64,000 nt of DNA, from NCBI GenBank assembly GCA_036012755.1, contig DASCPX010000179.1, forward strand, positions 78,566 through 142,565. The letters are read 5' to 3'. This DNA comes from Myxococcota bacterium. Its GTDB lineage: Bacteria; Myxococcota_A; UBA796; CAJQPC01. Made by a program: the position numbers and the translations under genes. Numbering within the stretch: position 1 is the stretch's first letter; every line of letters starts with the position of its first letter. Positions 7,866-16,528 of the stretch are shown piece by piece. A model generated the notes under the pieces. The model saw only the letters and a list, made by a program, of their open reading frames with translations. It was not told the origin of the DNA and ran no database searches.

Positions 7866-8216
7866 ATGCTGTTCGCTTCGCTCTCTGGATGCCTGCTGTT
7901 CGCACCACCCGAGCTCATCCAGCTCACTCCGCAGGAGTTCCACGACGCCACCCAGGGTGTGGACGTGGTGCTCGTCGACGTCCACATCCCGGAGCAGACC
8001 CACATCGAGGGCACCGACGCGCTCGTGCCCTACAACGAGATCCTCGACCACCTCGACGAGTTCCCGGAGGATCGGTCGGAGCCGATCTACCTCTACTGCC
8101 GCTCCGGCCACATGGTGAACCCAGCCTCACGAGACCTCTTCGACGAGGGCTACACGACGATCTACAACCTCGACGGCGGCACCATCGCCTGGGAAGAGGC
8201 GTCGCTGCCCTACTGA
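7866..8216 (+). CDS. Rhodanese-domain lipoprotein (sulfurtransferase-like)
   Basis: ATG at 7866 gives MLFASLSGC. Active-site loop YCRSGHMV. The GGTIAWEE tail is typical of single-domain rhodaneses. Confidence 0.75.
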   Translation: MLFASLSGCLLFAPPELIQLTPQEFHDATQGVDVVLVDVHIPEQTHIEGTDALVPYNEILDHLDEFPEDRSEPIYLYCRSGHMVNPASRDLFDEGYTTIYNLDGGTIAWEEASLPY

Positions 8217-8273
8217 CTTGACCGGACGACGACCGCGGGCAGAGTGGGTTGCACACTGCAACCTGGGGTCGAG

Positions 8274-8567
8274 ATGTCGAGCGCCGTGAAGCTCTCCACC
8301 GACCTCGTCGAAGCCGCGCGTCACGAGAGCCGGGTGTCTTCACGGTCGATGACCCAGCAGATCGAGTACTGGGCCCGGATCGGCCGGGCGATCGAGCGCA
8401 CCGGGGCCATCGAGCACGATCGCGTGTGCGCGGCTCTTCGAGCGGAGCTCGCCTTCGACGAGCTGAACACCGAGGAGCGCATGGCCGTGCTCGGCCAGCT
8501 CGAGCGGGAGGTGTTCCAGCCCCGGGGTGACCGGGCGCTGGCCAAGCGGCTGGCCCGGGAGGAGTGA
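8274..8567 (+). CDS. ParD-like type II antitoxin
   Basis: MSSAVKLSTDLVEAARHESRVSSRSMTQQIEYWARIGRAIE resembles the ParD-like antitoxin family. Its stop overlaps the toxin start (GTGA). Confidence 0.6.
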   Translation: MSSAVKLSTDLVEAARHESRVSSRSMTQQIEYWARIGRAIERTGAIEHDRVCAALRAELAFDELNTEERMAVLGQLEREVFQPRGDRALAKRLAREE

Positions 8568-9148
8568 CCGCCCGGCCACCGCTGCTCTGGCTGATCATCG
8601 GCCCAAACGGCGCCGGGAAGTCGACGTACCACGCCACCCGCGTCGAACCTCGGCTGCTGGCCGAGTTCGTCAACGCCAATCGAATCGCTCTCGAGCGATG
8701 GCCGGATGCCGGGCCGGAGAAGAGCTACGAAGCCGCGCGCATCGCGGCAGAGCGCCGATCGGAGCTGCTCGGTGCGGGGCGTTCCCTGGTCGCGGAGACC
8801 GTGGCGTCGCACCCTTCCAAGCTGGAGCTGCTGCACGCCGCGCAGGCGTCCGGCTACGAGGTCTGGGTCAGCTTCGTCTGCCTGGAGAGCGCGGCGCTGG
8901 CCGTCGAACGTGTGGCACGTCGAGTCCGACATGGCGGGCACCCCGTCCCGGAAGAAAAAGTCCGAGCCCGGTACGAGCGGATGGCGCCGATCGCACAAGC
9001 CGCAGTCGCCAGCGCGGACCGCGCCTTCGTCGTCGACAACTCGGAGACGAAGAGACCTCTACGGGACGTGATGCTCGTCGAGCGCGGCCACGCGATCTGG
9101 AGAGCTCCAGATCCACCGGCTTGGCTCGGCGAGCTGTTTCCCGAATAG
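8564..9148 (+). CDS. Zeta-toxin / COG4185-like P-loop kinase (putative toxin)
   Basis: Walker A motif GPNGAGKST near the N-terminus. Its size and position after the antitoxin fit this call. Confidence 0.7.
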   Translation: MTARPPLLWLIIGPNGAGKSTYHATRVEPRLLAEFVNANRIALERWPDAGPEKSYEAARIAAERRSELLGAGRSLVAETVASHPSKLELLHAAQASGYEVWVSFVCLESAALAVERVARRVRHGGHPVPEEKVRARYERMAPIAQAAVASADRAFVVDNSETKRPLRDVMLVERGHAIWRAPDPPAWLGELFPE

Positions 9149-9150
9149 GA

Positions 9151-9168
9151 GGCCGGCGGGAACCGGCC
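9151..9168. terminator. GC hairpin between convergent genes (possible bidirectional terminator)
   Basis: GGCCGG-cgggaa-CCGGCC lies between the stops at 9148(+) and 9171(-). There is no clear U tract. Confidence 0.3.
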
Positions 9169-9170
9169 AG

Positions 9171-10964
9171 CTACAGCGCGCAGTCCACCGCTTCGAACCA
9201 GGCGTTGTCGTCCTCGTCGCACTCCTCGATGGTGTTTCCCGGGTCGACCTCGACCCGCAGTCCCTCGATGCCGACCTCTGGCAGCGAGGCGTGGAAGACC
9301 ATGCCGGCGCTGGCCTCGCCGATGGGTGGCACCTCGATGGTCAGACCCTCCAGGGTGCGCAGCTCGCCGCCCTCCTTGCGCAGCTGGAGCACGAGGTCGA
9401 CCTCGTCGCCGGCCGAGGTCAGCCCGTCGTTGATCACAACCACCGTGACGTCGACGGTGCCGGCGTAGCAGTCCCAGCAGATGTCGACGACCTCGACCCG
9501 CAGGTTCGGGGCCGGGATGCCCGGGCGCTCCCGCAGGCCGCCGGCCCGGTAGCTGTTGTGGCCGGTCTGCCAGTTCATCAGCGGCTGGGCCGGGACGGAG
9601 AGGTCGTCCTCGACGTTGGTGATGTGGTAGGCGTGCTGGTTCCAGGTCTCGGTGGTGGGCGCCCAGCTGGAGTTCAGGTCCCCGATGGCCGTGATGCCCT
9701 GCCAGCCGGCGTTGATCGAGTCGTTGCTCATGAGGATGATCTCGGCCTCGCCGTCGGCGTCGACGTCGACGATGACCGGGTACTCGAAGAGCGTCCAGCT
9801 GGAGTGGCGGTCCTCTGCCATCAGCACCGCGCCGGTGGCCCCGTCGTAGACGTAGAGCACGAGCTCGTCCGCGTAGACGACCTCGGCCTGACCGTCGCCT
9901 TCGAAGTCGAAGACCGCGGAGCCGGTGCGCGCCGAGCTCTGGTCCTGGGTGGTCTGGAGCCAGAGCTGGGTGCCGTCGGTGTCGTGCACGACGTAGCCCG
10001 AGTAGCCGGCGGTCCCGATCTCGGGCTCGCCGTCTCCGTCGAAGTCCGCGATGGTGGGCGGGCCGCCTCCACCGCCGGGAACACCCGCGGGGTCGTTCCA
10101 GATGACCGTCCCGTCCGTGTCTGCGAGCCAGACAGCGCCGTTCTGCACGGTCACGACCTCGCCGAAGCCGTCGGCGTCGAAGTCGGCGACCGCGGACCAG
10201 CCGTCCGCCATGCCGTTGGCCCACTTGGCGCTGCCATCGCGGTTGTAGGCAGCGTTGCCGACGAGGACCTCTTGCTGACCGTCGAGGTCCAGGTCCGCGA
10301 CCACCGGGATCGCGTAGGAGCCGCCGTAGCCGTAGGCGCCGATGCCCACTGTGGCGCCAGTGTGGTCGAGGATGGCCCGTCCGGCGACGACCTCTGCCAG
10401 GCCGTCGCCGTCGAGGTCCGCGACCACCGGGTAGCCGTAGCCGGTGGTGTGACCGGACAGGGACTCGCTGGCCCAAACCAGGCTGCCGTCGGAGTGCAGG
10501 GCGAGGACGCGCACATCCGTGCTCATCACCAGGATCTCGGGTCTGCCGTCGGCGTCGAGATCGCCCAGCGCGACGCCGCTGGAGGCCACGGGGCTGTAGC
10601 CGCCGATGTTCGTGAAGGCAGAGGTCTCCTCGCCCGTGCCCTCGAGGATGTGGAGGGCCCCGGCCCCGCCGTAGGAGTTGTTGGCGTAGGAGGTGAAGAC
10701 CACCTCTGGGAGGCCGTCGGCGTCGACGTCCCCGACCGCCGGCATCATCATCACGTCGTCGTAGCCGGGGGCTCCGAGGGATCCCTCCCATCGCCACTCG
10801 ACGACCGGGTCGAAGCTGCCGGACAGGGCTGGAAAGGCACACTCCTCGTCTACGTCGAGGGCGTAGCTGCCAGCCTCGTCGACGGCGCAGGCGTCCTCGC
10901 CACCGGGGGCGTCGTTCTTCGCGGAGAGCTCGTAGTCGGAGCAGGCCAGGGCAAGCAGCAGCAT
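9171..10964 (-). CDS. FG-GAP/VCBS-repeat beta-propeller lipoprotein
   Basis: N-terminus MLLLALACSDYEL. Repeated D-x-D-x-DG-x-x-E motifs (GDVDADGLPEVV, GDLDADGRPEIL, ADLDGDGLAEVV and others). Confidence 0.8.
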   Translation of the reverse strand: MLLLALACSDYELSAKNDAPGGEDACAVDEAGSYALDVDEECAFPALSGSFDPVVEWRWEGSLGAPGYDDVMMMPAVGDVDADGLPEVVFTSYANNSYGGAGALHILEGTGEETSAFTNIGGYSPVASSGVALGDLDADGRPEILVMSTDVRVLALHSDGSLVWASESLSGHTTGYGYPVVADLDGDGLAEVVAGRAILDHTGATVGIGAYGYGGSYAIPVVADLDLDGQQEVLVGNAAYNRDGSAKWANGMADGWSAVADFDADGFGEVVTVQNGAVWLADTDGTVIWNDPAGVPGGGGGPPTIADFDGDGEPEIGTAGYSGYVVHDTDGTQLWLQTTQDQSSARTGSAVFDFEGDGQAEVVYADELVLYVYDGATGAVLMAEDRHSSWTLFEYPVIVDVDADGEAEIILMSNDSINAGWQGITAIGDLNSSWAPTTETWNQHAYHITNVEDDLSVPAQPLMNWQTGHNSYRAGGLRERPGIPAPNLRVEVVDICWDCYAGTVDVTVVVINDGLTSAGDEVDLVLQLRKEGGELRTLEGLTIEVPPIGEASAGMVFHASLPEVGIEGLRVEVDPGNTIEECDEDDNAWFEAVDCAL

Positions 10965-11021
10965 CGGTGCACATCATGCAATGGGCGTGCCGTCGCCAAG
11001 TGCGCGAAATCGGGGTTGGGT

Positions 11022-11037
11022 GGGGCACGCGTGCCCC
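11022..11037. promoter_or_regulatory. Perfect 16-bp palindrome GGGGCACGCGTGCCCC between two co-oriented lipoprotein genes
   Basis: Lies 36 bp after the stop at 11073(-) and 58 bp before the start at 10964(-). Could be an operator or an RNA hairpin. Confidence 0.3.
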
Positions 11038-11072
11038 TTTGGGATCGGGACATGCTGGTCCTGATCCAATCC

Positions 11073-11420
11073 CTACAGGGCCGACCGAACCCGCGGGAAC
11101 ACATCGCTGGGGATCGGGTCCAGGTCGACCTGGTAGTGGCTCGGCCCGTTGTAGAGGATGACTTGGACGTGGTGCCAGCCGCAGTCCAAGGTGACCGAGC
11201 CCTCCGAGAGCACGGGCTCGTCGAGCACGAGCTCCCCCTCCCCCACGTTGGTGATCGTCGCGACACTCGAGCGGCTGTCTCCGATGAGCACGTCGCCGAA
11301 GTCCAGCGCCTCGGGCTCGACCTCGATCTGCCCGAAGACATCCTCCTCCTCCTCGCCAGGCTTGACGTCCCCGTCAGGGGTGAGTTCGTAGTCGGTGCAG
11401 GCGAGGAACAGGACGAGCAT
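11073..11420 (-). CDS. Small lipoprotein with an Ig-like (ASH/PapD-like) beta-sandwich motif
   Basis: N-terminus MLVLFLACTDYEL. The segment LDFGDVLIGDSRSSVATITNVGEGELVL is typical of these Ig-like domains. Confidence 0.6.
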   Translation of the reverse strand: MLVLFLACTDYELTPDGDVKPGEEEEDVFGQIEVEPEALDFGDVLIGDSRSSVATITNVGEGELVLDEPVLSEGSVTLDCGWHHVQVILYNGPSHYQVDLDPIPSDVFPRVRSAL

Positions 11421-11451
11421 GGGCGCGATTATGGGGTGTTACCGGGGTGGC

Positions 11452-11910
11452 ATGCGTATCGCGGTCGCATCAGACGAACCCTACCCGGTCCACTCCACCA
11501 TCCTCGACGAACTCGAGCGGCGGGGACACGAGGTCGTGCGCTTCGGATCGCTGCGAACCGGCGAAGACAGCCCCTGGCCCCTGACGGCCGAACGAGCCGC
11601 GCGCGCGGTTGCCTCCGGCGAGTGTGACGAGGGCATCTTCCTGTGCTGGACCGGCACGGGCATCTCCATCGCCGCGAACAAGGTGCGGGGGATCCGCGCG
11701 GCCCTGTGTGGAGACCCGAAAACCGCAGCCGGGGCGCGTGTGTGGAACCACGCCAACGTCATCTGCCTCTCGAACCGGACGCTCTCCCAGGACATGTGCA
11801 AGGAGATCCTGGAGGCCTGGTTCGGTACGGAGCCTGGCGACGACGGGGCCGAAGGGGTCGAGCAGCTCAGCGAGGTCGAGGCCCGATCCTGGGAACGCCT
11901 GCCGTGCTAG
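11452..11910 (+). CDS. rpiB: Ribose-5-phosphate isomerase B (RpiB/LacA/LacB family)
   Basis: Starts MRIAVASD, followed by CWTGTGISIAANKVRGIRAALC and NHANVICL. Confidence 0.85.
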   Translation: MRIAVASDEPYPVHSTILDELERRGHEVVRFGSLRTGEDSPWPLTAERAARAVASGECDEGIFLCWTGTGISIAANKVRGIRAALCGDPKTAAGARVWNHANVICLSNRTLSQDMCKEILEAWFGTEPGDDGAEGVEQLSEVEARSWERLPC

Positions 11911-11937
11911 GCTCGCTGCCCTCAGAAGGAGAGCGAG

Positions 11938-12234
11938 ATGAAGAAGGCAGTGATCCTGATGGTTCTGGGTGGCCTGGCCGTCGGCCTCGGCCTCGGCGTG
12001 ACGATCCCAGCAGCCCAAGCTGGCGACGGCGAGTGGGGCTGCTTCGTCGTCGACCGGCTCCCAGACACGAGCGAAGCAGCGGACTGGAAAGGCGCGAAGA
12101 ACACGGCGGCGGGCCTGAACGTGATCGCCACGAACTCACCTGCGGGCACGGTTCTCACGGTCAACCACCCCGTCAGCGGCGGCGGATGGGGCACCACCCA
12201 GACCAGCGTGGGGATGATCTGCGTCAAGCAGTGA
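11938..12234 (+). CDS. Small secreted protein, unknown function
   Basis: AAGGAGAG Shine-Dalgarno sequence precedes the ATG. Classical signal peptide MKKAVILMVLGGLAVGLGLGVTIPAAQA. Confidence 0.6.
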   Translation: MKKAVILMVLGGLAVGLGLGVTIPAAQAGDGEWGCFVVDRLPDTSEAADWKGAKNTAAGLNVIATNSPAGTVLTVNHPVSGGGWGTTQTSVGMICVKQ

Positions 12235-12271
12235 CACCGGCCGGCAGCACCGTCAGCTCTCCGGCCGCGAG

Positions 12272-13972
12272 CTAGCCTGCGCCGAGATCCCAGACGAGGA
12301 TCCCACCCGGGTCCTCGGTCGGTGGGCCCAGCACCTCCTCCAAGGCCTCCACTGTCGCCGACGAGCAGGCGGACTCCGGCACCAGGGGCAGGGAGCAGTG
12401 GGTCGAGTCGAAGACCACGAGCCCGACACCGGCCTCGCGGACCTCTTCGCGGGTCGGGGCGGTCCCGAGGGGGTGGCCGGAGCCCAGGTCCTGCAGCCAG
12501 GCGATGGCCAGGCTCTCCGGGGGCGGACCCCCGCCAGCCAGCGGCGCCAGGCGTGGCGGACCCGGCGCTCGCAACACAGAGGGGAACTGGGCGTCGATGG
12601 CGAAGGGGAGCTCGGCGACCGCGAGACCAGCGTCCATCTCGGCGATTCGCCCGGCCGCGCGGGTCTCGGTCGCCCGACCCCACCGTCCGGCGTTTCGAAG
12701 CTCGCTGACGGTCATGGAGCCGGCGACGACCACCAGCCCGATGCCGAGGAGCGCCGCGACCACGCCAAGGACGATGCGCCAGCGACCGCGAGCCCGAAGC
12801 AGGAGAGCCTCGAGCCCCAGGCCGCCAAGGACCGCGGCCACGACTCCACCGGCCAGGGCGAAGCGCCCGGGGACGTGAACGACCTGCAGCGGCGCCCACA
12901 GCTCCCGGGAGTCCGCTGCCCAGCTGGAGCCAGCCTCGATCAGCCCCGCTCCGGACGACAGCTCGAGGCAAGGGCCGGATCCCAACAACGCGAGCAGCAG
13001 AGCCAGCGGCAGGCCCACCAGGGCTGGCAGGCGGCTCGAAGGATGAAGCAGCGCCAGCGGCGCGATGATCCAGGCCCCAGCCGAGATCAGCAGCTTCGGC
13101 CGGGCCGCGGGGTGCTGGCCGCCCCACGACCACCAGTCACCCAGCGGCATGGTGCCGTCGCGGAAGCACATCTCGAAGACGTTCGCCGTCCGCTCCCGAG
13201 GAAAGGCGTTCATGCTCTGCAGATCCGGGACCGCGATGGCGATGGCGAGGGCGACCGCGAGCAGGACGAGGAGCCCCTGACCCTGGGAGGCGCGCAGCCC
13301 GTCGCGCAGGACCAGGGCGATCCCCAAGGGCATGAGCATCAGGAGGAATGGCGGGTAGGTGGAGCAGAGCCCACCGATGACCGCGACGACCGGCACCCAG
13401 AGCGCTCGTGTCCAGAGCCTGGAGCCAGGCCGCAGGATCTCCAGGGCACCGGCGACGGCGGCCGCGGCGAGCCCGATCCAGCAGCTGTTGGTCCGACCCA
13501 TGTGGAGCTCGAAGAAGATCGGGTGCAGCAAGGCCCCGATGGCCCCGGCGTACGCGACGCCGAGGTGGCGGCAGCCCACTCCCCGGGCCAGCCAGGCGAG
13601 CCCCAGAGCAGAGACCGCGACGACCAAGATCTGGGTCGCCTGCCACTGCTCGGGCCAGTCCAACAGCACGTGCAGGGGAAGGACCAGGAGCGCATCGCCC
13701 AGCGCGGGGAAGTTGTGCGCCCGCATCCGACCGGTGGGGAAGTCGAAGTCCCGGACGACGTCCAGCGGCTCACCGGCCAACACGCTGCGAGCTACCCAGT
13801 CGTAGTACCACTGCGTTCCGGCTGCGTCGCCGCCCTGCCAGCCGTAGAAGGGTCCGCCGCCCGTCGGGGTCAAGAGCATGGAGGCGACCCAGCCGACGAC
13901 CGCCAGCACGAACACCCACGTGGCGAGCGCGCCGAGCAGGCGCACGCCGCGATGGGAGAGCAGCTCGGACAT
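12272..13972 (-). CDS. Polytopic membrane protein with a soluble C-terminal domain (possible envelope transferase)
   Basis: ATG at 13972 (MSELLSHRGVRLLGALATWVFVLAVV) overlaps the upstream stop by 1 nt (ATGA). Many TM helices. Confidence 0.6.
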   Translation of the reverse strand: MSELLSHRGVRLLGALATWVFVLAVVGWVASMLLTPTGGGPFYGWQGGDAAGTQWYYDWVARSVLAGEPLDVVRDFDFPTGRMRAHNFPALGDALLVLPLHVLLDWPEQWQATQILVVAVSALGLAWLARGVGCRHLGVAYAGAIGALLHPIFFELHMGRTNSCWIGLAAAAVAGALEILRPGSRLWTRALWVPVVAVIGGLCSTYPPFLLMLMPLGIALVLRDGLRASQGQGLLVLLAVALAIAIAVPDLQSMNAFPRERTANVFEMCFRDGTMPLGDWWSWGGQHPAARPKLLISAGAWIIAPLALLHPSSRLPALVGLPLALLLALLGSGPCLELSSGAGLIEAGSSWAADSRELWAPLQVVHVPGRFALAGGVVAAVLGGLGLEALLLRARGRWRIVLGVVAALLGIGLVVVAGSMTVSELRNAGRWGRATETRAAGRIAEMDAGLAVAELPFAIDAQFPSVLRAPGPPRLAPLAGGGPPPESLAIAWLQDLGSGHPLGTAPTREEVREAGVGLVVFDSTHCSLPLVPESACSSATVEALEEVLGPPTEDPGGILVWDLGAG

Positions 13973-15345
13973 CACTCCCGGTAACCGAGCGCTTTGAGAG
14001 CCTCGTCGAGGCCCTCGTCGACCTCGACGCCGACGAAGCTCTCGAAGGCGCTGGCGGCTGCCGCTTCCAGCTCGGTGATGTCGCCCTGCACCGGCGAGAC
14101 CATGAGCGGATCGTTCCGCAAGTCGTAGAGCTCGCGACTGCCGTCCTCGCCGAGCACGAGGGCACGGTCGCCCTCGCGGTAGAGCTTCCAGCCGTGCTCG
14201 AAGATGCCGCCGAAGCGTCCAGCGCGGTACAGGTCCACCCACGACTGGGCCCGGATTGGTCCCTGGTTGGGGGACTCCAGGAGCGATGACAGCGGCGTCT
14301 CGATCCCGGCCAGCGCGAGGACCGTGCCTGCGATCTGCTCGGCGGAGACTGGCTCCTCGACGACCCGAGGCTCGAGGTGTCCGGGCCAGGAGATGACCAG
14401 CGGCACCCAGGTGACCGGCCTGTAGACCGTGCTGTGATGGTTCAGGAGCTCATGCTCGCCGAGGTACTCGCCGTGGTCGCTCGTCACCACGACGATGCCG
14501 TCCGGACAGGCCGCTGCAAAGCGCCGCACGAGCACGTCGAGGTGGGCGTCCGCCATGTTGACGCCCCCGTCGTAGACCTCGCCGATGAACTCCACACCCG
14601 CTGGGGGGATGTCGTAGATCGTGCCGTCCAGCAGGGGGTGCCCCACGCCGAAGCCAGATGCCTTGGTGAAGGCGAGCACCGGCTGCCCGCCATGGTCCTT
14701 GACGAAGGGGAGGAGCCAGTCCGGAGCTCCTCCGTCCCACCAGCTCCGCTCGGTCTCGTCGATCCAGGGGGCCGGCGAGGGCGCATAGGGCGCGTGGGCG
14801 GACATGAGGTTCACGAAGAGCAGCAAGGGGGCGTCGCGCTCCTCTGCGAGGACCTCGCTGGCGCGCTCGACGACGATGGGGTCCGGGACGCTGGCGAGCA
14901 CCTCCTCGAAGCCACGAACCAGCCCGAAGCGCGGATCCAGCAGGTTGTTTCCGGCGACGGCGACGGTCGAGTACCCGGCGTCGCGGAAGTAGCCGGCGAA
15001 GGTCTTCATGCCAGGCCGGATGCCCTCGACGGACTTCTCCTTGCCCGTCACCTTGAAGTCCCCGGTCGGCTCGGCGTGGTGAGCGCCGTGGACCCAGGGG
15101 GGCTCGCCGGTGAACAGGGATGCGTGGCCCGGCCACGTCCAGGAAGCGGGGATGGTGGCGTCGGCGAAGCGGACGCCCCCCGCGGCCAGCTCGTCGAGCG
15201 CGGGCGTGGTGGCGCGGTGGTGGCCGTAGGCGCCGACGTGGTCCGCTCGCAAGGTGTCGATGACGACGAAGAGCACGCTGGGCGGCGTCGGAGGCCCCGG
15301 AACCTCCGCCACTTCGCCCCCCGTACACGAGATCAGCCAGAACAT
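13972..15345 (-). CDS. Alkaline-phosphatase-superfamily (sulfatase/NPP-like) lipoprotein with a Thr-type nucleophile motif
   Basis: N-terminus MFWLISC. VLFVVIDTLRADHVGAYG is present. TWPGHASLFTG replaces the CxPxR of sulfatases and resembles the TFPNH..TG motif of NPPs. Confidence 0.75.
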   Translation of the reverse strand: MFWLISCTGGEVAEVPGPPTPPSVLFVVIDTLRADHVGAYGHHRATTPALDELAAGGVRFADATIPASWTWPGHASLFTGEPPWVHGAHHAEPTGDFKVTGKEKSVEGIRPGMKTFAGYFRDAGYSTVAVAGNNLLDPRFGLVRGFEEVLASVPDPIVVERASEVLAEERDAPLLLFVNLMSAHAPYAPSPAPWIDETERSWWDGGAPDWLLPFVKDHGGQPVLAFTKASGFGVGHPLLDGTIYDIPPAGVEFIGEVYDGGVNMADAHLDVLVRRFAAACPDGIVVVTSDHGEYLGEHELLNHHSTVYRPVTWVPLVISWPGHLEPRVVEEPVSAEQIAGTVLALAGIETPLSSLLESPNQGPIRAQSWVDLYRAGRFGGIFEHGWKLYREGDRALVLGEDGSRELYDLRNDPLMVSPVQGDITELEAAAASAFESFVGVEVDEGLDEALKALGYRE

Positions 15346-15358
15346 GCAGGCGAGGATG

Positions 15359-16501
15359 TCACGGCAGGTAGGTCGAGTTCACCGACCAGTCGCCGTCCGG
15401 GTAGTAGCTCCAGACGAAGCCACCCATGATGTCGGCGATGACGTCGTCCGTGACCCGGTCGTCGACGGCGGTGCAGCCCCAACTCATGCCGAGGATGCCG
15501 TACTGATCGACGATCTCGGGGCGGGCGTAGGTGGCGCCATGAAAGACGATGGCGCGGTCGCGTACGTTGTCGTTGTAGCCAGCCTCGAGCCCGTCGTAGC
15601 GCACGCTGTGGCCGTTGGAGCCGTAGTAGTCCTCTGCAGCGACCATCATGCCGAGACTCGACTTGTGCGTCTCCGGCACGTTGCTGAACTTCACCGCCCA
15701 GCCGGGGTCGGAGCTGTCGGCCGACTTGTCGCCATGGGTCACGTGGAGGTTCCAGAGGAGCTCCTCGGCTGCCATGTCCCAGACCCAGAAGCGCTCTTGG
15801 GCCGAGTACAGCGAGAAGTCGATGATGCTGTAGACGAGGTGGTCCGTGTGGCCCTCCTCCCAAGCCCTGTCGAGGGCCTCCAGTCCGAGTTCTGCCGTGG
15901 CCTCGTCGAGCCCCTCGTCCGCCAGGTCCCCCGCCGTGACGGCCCCGATCTGCAGGCCGTAGCTGCCCTTCTGCTCGCTGCCCGAGGAGTCCACCCAGGT
16001 GTCCGCGACGACGTAGTAGGTGCCCTTAGGCAACAGGGCGCCGGCAGCCCAGTGGCCGCGGTCGAAGCAGTCGTCGGGATCGAGGGAGCCGAGGATGTGG
16101 ACGTCGATGTCGGCGCCGCTGCCCATCTCGCGGAGGTCGGCGGCGAGGAAGCCAGGCTCATCGAGGATGACTCGGTAGATGACCTCTGGCCCCGACTCGT
16201 CGGTGCTCGAGGCGCAGCTGTAGGAGTCGAAGTCCCGTGAGCCCCCGCCGGTGCTGTCGTCGTCCCAGTAGGGCAGGTCCCGGTCGACGCAGATGACGCC
16301 GCTCGGGCAGGGGTCGTCCTCTGGGTCTTCGGTGTCCTGTGTGTCACCCGTGTCGCCGGTGTCATCCGGGAGCGAGGTGTCGATCCAGCCGGTCTCGGCG
16401 CTGTCGACGACCGCGGTGTCGTCCAGCGACGGCCGCTGACCGCGACGCAGCGATCGGTCGGTGTCCTCTGGGGCTGCGCAGGCGGCAAGAAGCAGGATCA
16501 T
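15359..16501 (-). CDS. Lipoprotein with a C-terminal YkuD_2-type L,D-transpeptidase-like catalytic domain
   Basis: N-terminus MILLLAAC. Further motifs: HVTHGDKS, KFSNVPETHKSSLGMM, RAIVFHGATY and GMSWGCTAV. Confidence 0.75.
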   Translation of the reverse strand: MILLLAACAAPEDTDRSLRRGQRPSLDDTAVVDSAETGWIDTSLPDDTGDTGDTQDTEDPEDDPCPSGVICVDRDLPYWDDDSTGGGSRDFDSYSCASSTDESGPEVIYRVILDEPGFLAADLREMGSGADIDVHILGSLDPDDCFDRGHWAAGALLPKGTYYVVADTWVDSSGSEQKGSYGLQIGAVTAGDLADEGLDEATAELGLEALDRAWEEGHTDHLVYSIIDFSLYSAQERFWVWDMAAEELLWNLHVTHGDKSADSSDPGWAVKFSNVPETHKSSLGMMVAAEDYYGSNGHSVRYDGLEAGYNDNVRDRAIVFHGATYARPEIVDQYGILGMSWGCTAVDDRVTDDVIADIMGGFVWSYYPDGDWSVNSTYLP

Positions 16502-16528
16502 CGGCGGTTCTCCGCGAAGCCCCTGGAC

